Source: Thermodesulfobacteriota bacterium
Lineage (GTDB): Bacteria > Desulfobacterota_D > UBA1144 > Nemesobacterales > UBA2774
Length of the DNA stretch: 64,000 bases
Direction: 5' to 3'
Assembly (NCBI GenBank): GCA_965223335.1
Contig: OZ244991.1
Location: 1,257,856 to 1,321,855 of the forward strand
Made by a program: the position numbers and the translations under genes
In this document: one piece after another, positions 28,861-38,449 of the stretch
How positions within the stretch are numbered: position 1 is the stretch's first letter
How the letters are laid out: every line of letters begins with the position of its first letter
The notes under the pieces: model-generated
What the model saw: the letters and a program-made list of their open reading frames with translations, nothing else
Databases searched by the model: none
Told to the model about the DNA's origin: nothing

Positions 28861-29607
28861 ATGAAAATATTTCTATATATTTTCTCTCTGGCTATTTTTT
28901 TCACGTTATCTGCAGATTCATACGCACAGCTTAAAGCTCGCAGTTCTAGCCACTCGGGGCATAGTGCAAGCTATGGGAAGCATCATAGGACTAATAGCCA
29001 CGGCAAAAGACATAGTGGAAGCCATCACCACAAACACGCAACTAAGCACAAATCCCACGGCAAACACCTCAACCCTCATCAAAAATTCCATAATAAATAC
29101 TACCGTCCGCACCCCGACTCCCTGCCATTTACCGAGAGTAATAGTCTGGGAATGAAAGGCTATGGGATCACAAAACACAGAACAAAAAAGCACAACCATA
29201 AAAGACACCGCCATAAAAAGCACCACAACCCCCATTACTACGATTACCAGTACGACCCCTATTACCCTGGTTACACTTACTACCCGAGTGACTATGGTGT
29301 TTACGGCTCGACCGTAATCATAGACGGCTATGACTCCGAGTATTACGGCTATTACGGCAGGCCTAGCAACCTAGAGGTAAACGGTTATATAAAACCGGAT
29401 TACGACCAAGAGCTCTACCTGGAACCCACTGAGGAATACTACTACGAAGAGCCCATTTATGAGGAGGCTGTAGAGCCCGTGCAGGATGAGTCGTTATCGG
29501 ATGTAATATACGTATGGACTGACGATGAGGGTGTGGAGCACTATACAAATGACCCCGACCTTATACCGGAATACTACTCGGATACAGTACGAGTAGTAGG
29601 CCCTTAA
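28861..29607 (+). CDS. secreted His/Lys-rich and Tyr-rich low-complexity protein with C-terminal DUF4124-like motif
   Basis: I set the start at MKIFLYIFSLAIFFTLSADSYAQ (signal peptide, 28861). After that come about 110 residues of H/K/S/G repeats (HSGHSASYGKHHRTNSHGKRHSGSHHHKHATKHKSHGKH...), a Tyr-rich block (HYYDYQYDPYYPGYTYYPSDYGVYG...YYGYYG), an acidic stretch, and a C-terminal IYVWTDDEGVEHYTNDPDLIP resembling DUF4124. Confidence 0.6.
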   Translation: MKIFLYIFSLAIFFTLSADSYAQLKARSSSHSGHSASYGKHHRTNSHGKRHSGSHHHKHATKHKSHGKHLNPHQKFHNKYYRPHPDSLPFTESNSLGMKGYGITKHRTKKHNHKRHRHKKHHNPHYYDYQYDPYYPGYTYYPSDYGVYGSTVIIDGYDSEYYGYYGRPSNLEVNGYIKPDYDQELYLEPTEEYYYEEPIYEEAVEPVQDESLSDVIYVWTDDEGVEHYTNDPDLIPEYYSDTVRVVGP

Positions 29608-29788
29608 CTGAGGTGTTTCGCATTCAATACACGCAATTTTTTATCTAAAATAAGACTTACAACGCACAGAAAAATTCCACTTTAGATTAAAATAAAGCTT
29701 TGAGTTGAGTATGTTAGTAAACCCTTAAAATTATTACACGAGATTTTGTTGACAAGCCTAAGTTCTATTGTTAAACAATTAGGGTAGA

Positions 29789-30871
29789 ATGAGTCATACC
29801 GCTCTATTCTCAACACACAAAGAAGCCGGGGCTAAGATAATAAATTTTGCAGGATGGGATATGCCGGTAGTATACGATTCTGTTAGAAAGGAGCATATTG
29901 CAGTAAGAACTAAGGCCGGTCTATTTGATGTAAGCCACATGGGAGAGGTTGAGATCGTGGGGCCCGGGGCTGCGGATTTCTGCCAGTGGATTACTACAAA
30001 CAATATTGCCAGGATGCACGACCAACAGGCACAGTACACACTGATCTGTAATAACCACGGCGGGGTGGTGGATGATGTCATAGTCTATAGGCTCTCGGAC
30101 GAGCGTTTCTTAATATGTGTGAATGCCGCAAACACCGCTAAGGACCTAGAGTGGATTCGTGGGGCAAAGGGTGGTTTCGATGTGGAGATAGTCGACAGGA
30201 GCCCGGAATACTCACAGCTCGCAATTCAGGGCCCAAACGCTATAGCAATAGTGGAAAGCACGCTCGATACCAGGCTAAACGATCTAAAGAGGTTCTATAC
30301 GCTGAGTATGACCTGGGAGGGGATGGGGCTTATAATTGCCAGGACAGGCTATACAGGGGAGGACGGCGTGGAGATATTCCTGCCCTGGGACCGAGCCCCC
30401 AAGCTATGGGAAGCGCTTATAGACAAGGGTGGGGCTTACGGTATCCAGCCTTGCGGCTTGGGTGCCAGAGACACACTTAGGATAGAGATGGGCTACCCGC
30501 TATACGGTCACGAGATTAGCGAACAGATTAACCCTTTTGAAGCATCTTTGGGAAGGTACGTAAAAATGGATAAGGGGGAATTCTTGGGTAGCGAGGCGCT
30601 TTCACGTGTGGAACAAAACGGGGTCGAGAGAACACTGGTGGGATTCAAAATGGTCGATAAGGGGATTGCAAGAGAGGGCTATGAAATATATAGAGATAAA
30701 AACCTCGTGGGTAATGTGACAAGCGGTACGTTGTCGCCTAGCCTAAACGAGTCGATCGGCATGGGATTTATAAAGGATGAAACAAAAGAGAGTGAAAGCA
30801 TAAGTATAATGATAAGGGGTACTGCCAGGGAAGCGAAGCTGGTAACTATGCCATTTTATTATAAAAATTAA
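29789..30871 (+). CDS. gcvT: glycine cleavage system aminomethyltransferase T protein
   Basis: 360 aa with similarity to GcvT throughout (TALFSTHKEAGAKIINFAGWDMPVVY, GLFDVSHMGE). Confidence 0.95.
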   Translation: MSHTALFSTHKEAGAKIINFAGWDMPVVYDSVRKEHIAVRTKAGLFDVSHMGEVEIVGPGAADFCQWITTNNIARMHDQQAQYTLICNNHGGVVDDVIVYRLSDERFLICVNAANTAKDLEWIRGAKGGFDVEIVDRSPEYSQLAIQGPNAIAIVESTLDTRLNDLKRFYTLSMTWEGMGLIIARTGYTGEDGVEIFLPWDRAPKLWEALIDKGGAYGIQPCGLGARDTLRIEMGYPLYGHEISEQINPFEASLGRYVKMDKGEFLGSEALSRVEQNGVERTLVGFKMVDKGIAREGYEIYRDKNLVGNVTSGTLSPSLNESIGMGFIKDETKESESISIMIRGTAREAKLVTMPFYYKN

Positions 30872-30881
30872 GGAGAATGTC

Positions 30882-31277
30882 ATGGTTCAAATTCAAGACG
30901 AACTGTTATATACCACAGACCACGAATGGGCAAAGGAAGAAGGGGAACTACTGGTGATCGGGATTACCGACTACGCGCAGGATGCTCTTGGCGAGATCGT
31001 GTACATAGAGCTGCCCAGTGAGGGAGATGAGATTACCAAAGGGGACGCTTTTGGCGCAGTCGAGTCTACCAAAGCAGTGTCGGATCTCTACGCTCCATTA
31101 AGCGGTGAGGTTATGGAGGTAAACGAATCGCTGTTAGACTCGCCCGAACTAATAAATGAAGACCCGTATATAGACGGTTGGATGATAAAGGTCAAGCCCT
31201 ATGAGCCGGACGATGTTAAAGAGCTTATGAATAACGAAGAGTATACGGATTTTATAGAGAACGAGATGCAGGAATAA
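30882..31277 (+). CDS. gcvH: glycine cleavage system H protein (lipoyl carrier)
   Basis: 131 aa. Lipoyl-lysine context VESTKAVSDLYAPLSGEV. AAGGAG RBS. Confidence 0.95.
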   Translation: MVQIQDELLYTTDHEWAKEEGELLVIGITDYAQDALGEIVYIELPSEGDEITKGDAFGAVESTKAVSDLYAPLSGEVMEVNESLLDSPELINEDPYIDGWMIKVKPYEPDDVKELMNNEEYTDFIENEMQE

Positions 31278-31374
31278 ATCTTTAAAAACTATGTTCTGTG
31301 TCATTTAGTTACGGCAATTAAACAAATGAGTTTTAGAATTGAGTATTAGCAGTGTGTTGGCCAAGTACTAACCC

Positions 31375-34260
31375 ATGGGCGATAATTCAACATTTATAGA
31401 GAGACATATTGGGCCTGATCCGAGCGAGTTGGAGGATATGCTAGGGGTGTTGGGTGTAGCCTCGCTCGATGCACTAATAGAAGAGACCATACCCCCAGCA
31501 ATCTGTACAACTGATAAACTCAACCTACCTGACTCACTCGAGGAGCACGTGTTTTTAGCCAACCTCCGCAAGATAGCTGAGAAAAATAAGGTCTTTAAAT
31601 CCTACATTGGCCTCGGATACTACGGCACGATCACCCCCGGAGTGATACAGCGCAATATTCTCGAGAACCCTGGTTGGTACACTCAATACACCCCTTATCA
31701 AGCTGAGATATCGCAGGGGCGATTGGAGGCGCTGCTAAACTTCCAGACCATGGTGAGCGACTTGACAGGGATGGAAATAGCAAATGCATCGCTGCTAGAC
31801 GAATCCACGGCTGCGGCAGAGGCTATGACGATGCTTGCCAGGGTTAGCAAAAAAGGATCTAAGAAAAAACTGCCCAACACTTTTTTGGTTTCCGATAAAT
31901 GCTTTCCGCAGACTATAGATGTTTTGAAATCACGCGCAGAGCCGCTGGGTATTAAGCTTGTAATCACAGACACCGAGGATTTTGAATTCACAGACGACGT
32001 TTTTGGATTATTAGTGCAGTACCCCGATGCCGAGGGGGTCATTAGCGATTATACGGACCTTGTTGCAGAGGCCCACCAAAACGGTGTGCTTGTAGCGGTT
32101 GCTGCGGATTTGTTGAGCCTAGCTTTGATTAAACCCCCGGGGGAGATGGGGGCTGATCTGGTAGTGGGCTCGACGCAGAGGTTTGGTGTGCCAATGGGCT
32201 ATGGGGGCCCGCACGCCGCCTATTTTGCAACCCGAGAGGAGTTCGTACGACAGGTGCCGGGACGGATCATAGGTGTGTCGGTTGATGCCGAAAGTAACCC
32301 GGCTTATAGAATGGCGCTTCAGACCAGGGAGCAGCACATCAGGCGAGAAAAGGCGACCTCGAACATATGCACAGCACAAGCACTGCTTGCGATCATGGCA
32401 GGGATGTACGCTGTGTATCACGGCCCTGAGGGGCTAAAAAAAATAGCACAAAATATTCACCGCCTTGCACTTGGGCTTGAACAACAACTGGTCGACCTTG
32501 GATACACCCAGTTAAACCATATGTTTTTCGACACTATAACGATTGATCTGGGCGAGAATAACAGCACCTATCTGCGTATAAAAGAGATCGCAAATAACCA
32601 AGGTGTCAATTTTAGATATTGGGATAATCGTTTTATAAGTATCTCAGTGGATGAGACAACAAGCGACTACGATGTGGGCCGGATAGTCGATATATTGGGG
32701 ATGGCCAAAAGCGAGAACAATATTGCAACTGTTATAGAGCTTAAACCCAGGGCTCATGATGCTCACGGTTATAACGGCTTGGAACGCACCACTGAGTATC
32801 TCACACACCCAGTGTTTAACAAAAACAAGTCCGAGACCAACATGCTTAGGTATATAAAGCGGCTCGAGTCCCGCGACCTCTCGCTTACCACCTCTATGAT
32901 ACCGCTTGGGTCCTGTACAATGAAGCTCAATTCCACTACTGAGATGATCCCAGTGACATGGGGTGAGTTTTCAAATATCCACCCTTATGTGCCTGTGGAG
33001 CAGGCCGCCGGGTACATGCAGGTTTTTAAGGAGCTAGAGGGTTACCTGGCCGAGATCACAGGTCTCGGTGCGGTCTCGCTACAGCCGAACTCGGGTGCAC
33101 AGGGCGAGTATGCAGGGCTTATGGTAATAAGGGCCTTTCATCACGATAATGGAGATTACCTAAGGAATATAGTGCTCATACCCTCATCGGCCCATGGCAC
33201 TAACCCCGCCAGTGCTGCTATGGCAGGAATGAAAGTGGTGGTGGTGAAGTGTGACGCCGAGGGCAACATAGAGCTCGAGGACCTTAGATCTAAAGCCGAG
33301 AAGTACAGCGATACACTAGCTGCGTTTATGATAACCTACCCCTCCACACACGGTGTGTTCGAAGAGAATATTAAGGATATTTGCTCTATCGTGCACGAAC
33401 ACGGGGGCCAGGTATATATGGACGGGGCCAACATGAATGCGCAGGTGGGGCTTACGACACCTGCCATCATCGGCGCTGACGTGTGCCATCTCAATCTGCA
33501 CAAGACCTTTAGCATCCCGCACGGGGGCGGGGGCCCGGGCATGGGACCCATATGCGTTGCCAAACACCTGGAGCCTTACCTCCCGGGGCACTCTATCGTG
33601 CCGCTTGGGGGCAAAAAATCTATCGCGGCTGTGGGCGGAGCCCCATGGGGGAGTGCCAGTATACTGCTTATATCCTATGCGTATATAAGGCTATTGGGAG
33701 CAAAGGGTGTTACGGACGCAACCCGTTATGCAATCTTAAATGCGAACTACTTGAAATCAAGGCTCGAGCCCCATTACAACGTTTTATTCACCGGGACGAA
33801 CGGCAGGGTGGCTCATGAGTTTATACTAGATCTGAGGGATTTTAAGCGTGAGGCTCGAGTCGAGGTCGAGGATGTGGCCAAGAGGCTTATGGACTATGGC
33901 TTCCACGCACCTACGGTCTCGTGGCCTGTCCCTGGTACTATGATGATCGAGCCTACAGAAAGCGAATCAAAAGAAGAACTGGACAGGTTTTGCGAGGCCT
34001 TAATATCAATCAAAAAAGAGGTGGATGGGATTGCGGACGGTACTGCCGATATTGAGGACAATGTGTTGAAAAATGCACCTCATACGGCACAGATGATAGC
34101 CTCTGACACCTGGACGCACCCCTACACACGCTCACAGGCTGTGTACCCACTCGGCTATCTGCTGGATAATAAGTTCTGGCCGCCTGTGGGCAGGATCAAT
34201 AATCCATATGGGGATAAAAACCTGGTCTGTTCATGCCCCCCGATTGATACCTATGAGTAG
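31375..34260 (+). CDS. gcvP: glycine dehydrogenase (decarboxylating), single-chain P protein
   Basis: 961 aa. The N-terminus FIERHIGPD is the GcvP signature. The PLP-lysine region is [16 protein letters not shown]. Confidence 0.95.
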   Translation: MGDNSTFIERHIGPDPSELEDMLGVLGVASLDALIEETIPPAICTTDKLNLPDSLEEHVFLANLRKIAEKNKVFKSYIGLGYYGTITPGVIQRNILENPGWYTQYTPYQAEISQGRLEALLNFQTMVSDLTGMEIANASLLDESTAAAEAMTMLARVSKKGSKKKLPNTFLVSDKCFPQTIDVLKSRAEPLGIKLVITDTEDFEFTDDVFGLLVQYPDAEGVISDYTDLVAEAHQNGVLVAVAADLLSLALIKPPGEMGADLVVGSTQRFGVPMGYGGPHAAYFATREEFVRQVPGRIIGVSVDAESNPAYRMALQTREQHIRREKATSNICTAQALLAIMAGMYAVYHGPEGLKKIAQNIHRLALGLEQQLVDLGYTQLNHMFFDTITIDLGENNSTYLRIKEIANNQGVNFRYWDNRFISISVDETTSDYDVGRIVDILGMAKSENNIATVIELKPRAHDAHGYNGLERTTEYLTHPVFNKNKSETNMLRYIKRLESRDLSLTTSMIPLGSCTMKLNSTTEMIPVTWGEFSNIHPYVPVEQAAGYMQVFKELEGYLAEITGLGAVSLQPNSGAQGEYAGLMVIRAFHHDNGDYLRNIVLIPSSAHGTNPASAAMAGMKVVVVKCDAEGNIELEDLRSKAEKYSDTLAAFMITYPSTHGVFEENIKDICSIVHEHGGQVYMDGANMNAQVGLTTPAIIGADVCHLNLHKTFSIPHGGGGPGMGPICVAKHLEPYLPGHSIVPLGGKKSIAAVGGAPWGSASILLISYAYIRLLGAKGVTDATRYAILNANYLKSRLEPHYNVLFTGTNGRVAHEFILDLRDFKREARVEVEDVAKRLMDYGFHAPTVSWPVPGTMMIEPTESESKEELDRFCEALISIKKEVDGIADGTADIEDNVLKNAPHTAQMIASDTWTHPYTRSQAVYPLGYLLDNKFWPPVGRINNPYGDKNLVCSCPPIDTYE

Positions 34261-34290
34261 ATTCCTATAGCCGATTTTATAATTGTACGG

Positions 34291-35172
34291 TTATTCCTTT
34301 AGAGCGTTGTCCACATCGATGAACGGTACTGCACCACCGCCGGTAAATTTCGGCAGTGTGCCGTCCCATTTCTCGGCCAGGCGAAGTTGGATGAGCTGAG
34401 GGTTGTCCTTAAGCGCTTTTGCCTCACGTGCAATAGCATCGGCGCGTGCCTTGGACGCAACCTCTATCTCGTAGGCTTCCGCGTCTGCAGCAAGCTGTTT
34501 CTCGGCGGCTGCAGCCTCGGCCTGGGTGACACGTTTAACCTTCTCGTTTCTGGCCTGGAGTGCTTCCTGCTCGGCTTTAACCTTCATTTCAATGGCTCTG
34601 TTGAACTCGTCTGAGAACTCGAAGTCAGTTATGGCAACGTTGGCTATTTTAAGCGCATTGGGAACGTTTTTTTCCTTAAGTGTCACTGTAATAAAGTTCA
34701 CAATGGCTTCTTGGATCTGGAGTTTTACCTCGGCTCGTTTGGTTACGAGCTGCTCAGCCGTGTATTGAGCTGTGACGGCTTTAACAGATTCCTGTATAGC
34801 GGGTTGCACCACTGTGGCGGCTACCGTGTCCCTCTGGCCTATCTTTTGGTAGGTCATCGGTGCGACATCACCGGTGATAGAGTACTGTACGGTTACCTGG
34901 GTTTGTACGGTCTGGAGGTCTTTAGAGGCGGCGGCGGACTTGGCATTGGCCTTTGTGAGTCGTATATCCATCTGCTCGATTTTGTCCATAAACGGTTTTT
35001 TAAGGTGAAATCCCTCGGGCAGGGCTTGGGGCTGGACCGCTCCGAGTGTCCGTATTACACCTACATGACCGCTGTCCACTATCACAAATGCGCTAATAAA
35101 GAAGACGATGATTAGTATGATGATAATGGGATATAAAAAATTTAGCTTCTCAAGGTTGGGTTTAAAGCTCAT
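34291..35172 (-). CDS. SPFH/band-7 domain protein (HflC/prohibitin-like)
   Basis: 293 aa. N-terminal TM anchor, an SPFH domain (VDSGHVGVIRTLGAV...) and a C-terminal Ala/Glu-rich coiled coil. Confidence 0.8.
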   Translation of the reverse strand: MSFKPNLEKLNFLYPIIIILIIVFFISAFVIVDSGHVGVIRTLGAVQPQALPEGFHLKKPFMDKIEQMDIRLTKANAKSAAASKDLQTVQTQVTVQYSITGDVAPMTYQKIGQRDTVAATVVQPAIQESVKAVTAQYTAEQLVTKRAEVKLQIQEAIVNFITVTLKEKNVPNALKIANVAITDFEFSDEFNRAIEMKVKAEQEALQARNEKVKRVTQAEAAAAEKQLAADAEAYEIEVASKARADAIAREAKALKDNPQLIQLRLAEKWDGTLPKFTGGGAVPFIDVDNALKE

Positions 35173-35211
35173 TATACTACCTCCTGTGATTTATACCTGG
35201 TTGTCCTAATA

Positions 35212-36921
35212 TTATGAAGTATGATCGTGGCAATCCAAATCCACAATCCTGAGCTGGATGCTTGTTGTGCCGTTCCAAACGTTTAGTTCGGGAATAAATA
35301 CTATATCTGCTCTGTCAGTGATCTCCACAGGCTTTTTGATATTGAACCAGATGGCGTCATAGACACGGTCCTGGGCCTTTAGTTTTAAACCGATATGTTT
35401 ATCCTTGTAGAGCTTGTGTGAAACAACCTCTATATCCCGGGCCATAAACACTGGTTCGGGGTTGCCGACGCCAAACGGTCCCAGCATTGAGAGCTCCTCA
35501 ATAAAATCATGACTTATATCATTGAGTTCGATCAATTTATCTATAGCTATCTCGGGCACATAGGTATATTTAGTGTCGGTCATCACTTTGTTAAGCATGG
35601 CTCTGAGTGAGTCTATTTTGCTCTCTTCTATCGAGATCCCTGCAGCGAGTTCATGCCCACCGAACTCAATAAAAAGCTCTTTACACTCTAAAAGGGCAGC
35701 ATATATGTTAATGTTGCCTGCCGACCTGGCAGAGCCCTTGCCTACGCCGTTTGCATCGATTGAAATGAGCATAGCGGGTTTGCCGAACCTCTCCACAACC
35801 CTAGACGCTACTATGCCTATTACCCCCGGGTGCCAGTCCCGGGATGCCGCTACAATAAACGGCGATTCTAATATCTCGTCTGTGCTCTCTATAATCTCGA
35901 TTGCGTCGTTTAGTATGGACTTTTCTATAGTCTGTCTTGTCGAGTTCTCTTTATTTAGTGTGGTTGCGAGCTCTCGTGCGCGCTCGGGGTTTCGGGATAT
36001 AAATAGCTCCACAGCGTTTTTGGCGCTGCTTAGCCTTCCCGAAGCGTTTATTCGGGGGCCGAGTTTGAATCCCAGGTCGAATGTGTCTACATCGCCGTTT
36101 ACACTGCTTATCTCTTTAAGTGCTCTTAGACCGGGGTGTTTTGTGGCGGAGGCCCTTTTTAGCCCCTCTTTAACAAAAATACGGTTTACGTTTACAAGCG
36201 GAGCACAGTCTGCTACGGTGCCCAGTGCTACCAGGTCCAGGTAATCGCCCAGGTTGGGCTCGTTGTCAGTGAAATACCCGGCGTCTCTTAACTTTCTTCT
36301 AAGCGCTATTGCGAGGTTGAATATCACACCTACCCCTGCAATCTCTTTACCCGGGTACTTACAGTCAGCTTGCTGGGGGTTTAGTATGGATACGGCGTCT
36401 GGCAGAGTATCGGGGGGTTTGTGGTGATCGGTGACAATAAAATCTATGCCCATCTCCGTGGCTTTTTTGACCTGCTCAACAGCCGTGATGCCGCAGTCGC
36501 CCGAGATAACCAACGTTACTCCCAGATCCGATAGCTTGGAGACGGCCTGATCGTTAACTCCGTAGCCTTCTTTTAGCCTGTCGGGATTGTAGAACGAAAC
36601 ATTTGCACCCAGGCTCTTTAAAAAATTGTGAAATAACGCAGTTGCGGTTACACCGTCTACATCGTAGTCGCCGTATATAGCAATATGTTCTTTTTGGTTA
36701 ATTGCGTGGATCACCCGCTCCACAGCAGCGTCCATACCCTTCATAAGAAAGGGTGAAGGCAGGTCAAACAGATTGCAGTTTAGAAATAGTTCGGCCTCGC
36801 GGTCGGTCTCGATCCCGCGGTTGATCAGAACTTGGGCTGTGTTCTCGGATATAGACAAATCCTCGGACAATTTCGAGGCAAGCTTAGTGTTCTCTTTATT
36901 GATAGTCCAAGTGTTTTTCAT
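35212..36921 (-). CDS. recJ: single-stranded-DNA-specific exonuclease RecJ
   Basis: 569 aa. DHH motifs IAIYGDYDVDGVTA and VTDHH, a DHHA1 region (GGHELAAG), and a C-terminal OB fold. Confidence 0.9.
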   Translation of the reverse strand: MKNTWTINKENTKLASKLSEDLSISENTAQVLINRGIETDREAELFLNCNLFDLPSPFLMKGMDAAVERVIHAINQKEHIAIYGDYDVDGVTATALFHNFLKSLGANVSFYNPDRLKEGYGVNDQAVSKLSDLGVTLVISGDCGITAVEQVKKATEMGIDFIVTDHHKPPDTLPDAVSILNPQQADCKYPGKEIAGVGVIFNLAIALRRKLRDAGYFTDNEPNLGDYLDLVALGTVADCAPLVNVNRIFVKEGLKRASATKHPGLRALKEISSVNGDVDTFDLGFKLGPRINASGRLSSAKNAVELFISRNPERARELATTLNKENSTRQTIEKSILNDAIEIIESTDEILESPFIVAASRDWHPGVIGIVASRVVERFGKPAMLISIDANGVGKGSARSAGNINIYAALLECKELFIEFGGHELAAGISIEESKIDSLRAMLNKVMTDTKYTYVPEIAIDKLIELNDISHDFIEELSMLGPFGVGNPEPVFMARDIEVVSHKLYKDKHIGLKLKAQDRVYDAIWFNIKKPVEITDRADIVFIPELNVWNGTTSIQLRIVDLDCHDHTS

Positions 36922-36999
36922 CAGTATAGCGGTCTGTCTCTCGGGGTTTCACTTACACAATAATGATAGCTAACTCTAAGCGGATGATAAGTAATAAAA

Positions 37000-37434
37000 T
37001 TACTGTTTAATAGAGTCAACAAGGCCCTTTAGGCCGAGCACATAGCCATTTGTGCCTAGCCCGGATACAACACCCAGGGCTACACCCGACACATAGGAGT
37101 GTTGCCTGAACTCCTCGCGTTTATATATGTTGGAGATGTGTACCTCAACCACAGGGAGCCCGGAACTGAGTATCGCATCCCTTATCGCAACGCTAGTGTG
37201 AGTGTAAGCGGCGGGGTTGATTAAGATGCCGTCTGTTGTGTCTGAGGACTCTTGGATTTTGGTTACTATCTCGCCTTCGGAATTGGACTGGAGGAAATCT
37301 ACTTCTACACCTAGATTCGTAGCCTCGTCCTTTATCCTCGAGTTTATATCCTCTAGGTTCGTAGCCCCGTAAATCTCGGGCTCTCTCTTGCCCAGCATAT
37401 TTAGATTGGGTCCGTGTATGACCAGTATTTTCAT
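37000..37434 (-). CDS. aroQ: type II 3-dehydroquinate dehydratase
   Basis: 144 aa. [22 protein letters not shown] and [10 protein letters not shown] are the type II DHQase signatures. Confidence 0.95.
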   Translation of the reverse strand: MKILVIHGPNLNMLGKREPEIYGATNLEDINSRIKDEATNLGVEVDFLQSNSEGEIVTKIQESSDTTDGILINPAAYTHTSVAIRDAILSSGLPVVEVHISNIYKREEFRQHSYVSGVALGVVSGLGTNGYVLGLKGLVDSIKQ

Positions 37435-37440
37435 GATCGT

Positions 37441-38142
37441 CTACTCTCCTGGGTCGGGTACTGACTCGGAACTCGAATAGCCGGGCCTTAAATCATTGAG
37501 CTTTCTAATGATCCGCCTGTTATCGGGTTCTTTGATTAATAGCTTTTCCAATATTGTTATGGCCTGTTCAATCTGACCCTGCCTTATGCACAGGTCGGCC
37601 ATTGTCTCGGTCTCTATCTCTTTTTCTTCTGCTTTGCCGGTTGGTGCAACAAATGGATTATCTGCAGATGTGTACACTGCACCTGTGTCCTCACTGCTCT
37701 GGTCTACGCTTGACATCATATTGGCTTTTTCCCAAAACTCTGTCAACTCGGTATCATCGGGGTGATGTTGCTGTGCTTTTTCTAAAACGGCTTTTACCTT
37801 GTCGATATCGGATTCACTGAAATAGATATCAATTAGAATTTTGCTGGCTCCGATGTTGTCGGGTGCGAGTTCTATGACTTGTTCAAGCTCTTTTTTGGCC
37901 GGATCGATAAGCCAGCGTTCATAGTATAGTTTGCCGAGCAAAAACCTGCCTGTAATGTTTTGATTGTTGTGTCTAAGCCCTGTTTGGAGTACCTGCATAG
38001 CTTCGTCTTCAAGACCCCTTTTTATGAGGAGTTGAGCTAGGAATATAAATGCGACGGATGCGGGGTCCTCGGCAATGATTTTTTCATACTTCTCCTGAAG
38101 CTTAAAAAGTTTGTCCTCTGCTTCGCGGCTAGGCTGAGTCAT
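37441..38142 (-). CDS. TPR-repeat protein
   Basis: 233 aa of helical repeats with TPR-like spacing of A/L/Y/F residues. It lies 6 nt downstream of aroQ's partner gene and is co-directional. Confidence 0.55.
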   Translation of the reverse strand: MTQPSREAEDKLFKLQEKYEKIIAEDPASVAFIFLAQLLIKRGLEDEAMQVLQTGLRHNNQNITGRFLLGKLYYERWLIDPAKKELEQVIELAPDNIGASKILIDIYFSESDIDKVKAVLEKAQQHHPDDTELTEFWEKANMMSSVDQSSEDTGAVYTSADNPFVAPTGKAEEKEIETETMADLCIRQGQIEQAITILEKLLIKEPDNRRIIRKLNDLRPGYSSSESVPDPGE

Positions 38143-38449
38143 GGTTTGCGGATTAGAAACATGCTCATCAGGCTGTGTGATTATGCACTATTTTACTACT
38201 AACCATTGCAATATAACACATTAGGGAATTGATTATAAGCGCCGTTTCAATTTTTCTAAATAAGTATAAGGGGATGTAAGTCTGTTTCTAAATGGCACTG
38301 TTTTTGCCGAATCGGTTTTTATCAGGCTCGCAGCGCTTGGCACAAATCAAGAACAAATGAATTTTATAAATAAAAAATATCCACCGCAGAAAATTGACCA
38401 CAGCTATACTGTTTGTTTCCTAATTTTGCATCTCATAGGAGGTTTGCAT

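Noticed and set aside
35573-36244. 223-aa Ser-rich ORF antisense to recJ
   Set aside because: Low-complexity S/A/L composition, embedded in a confidently assigned RecJ gene.
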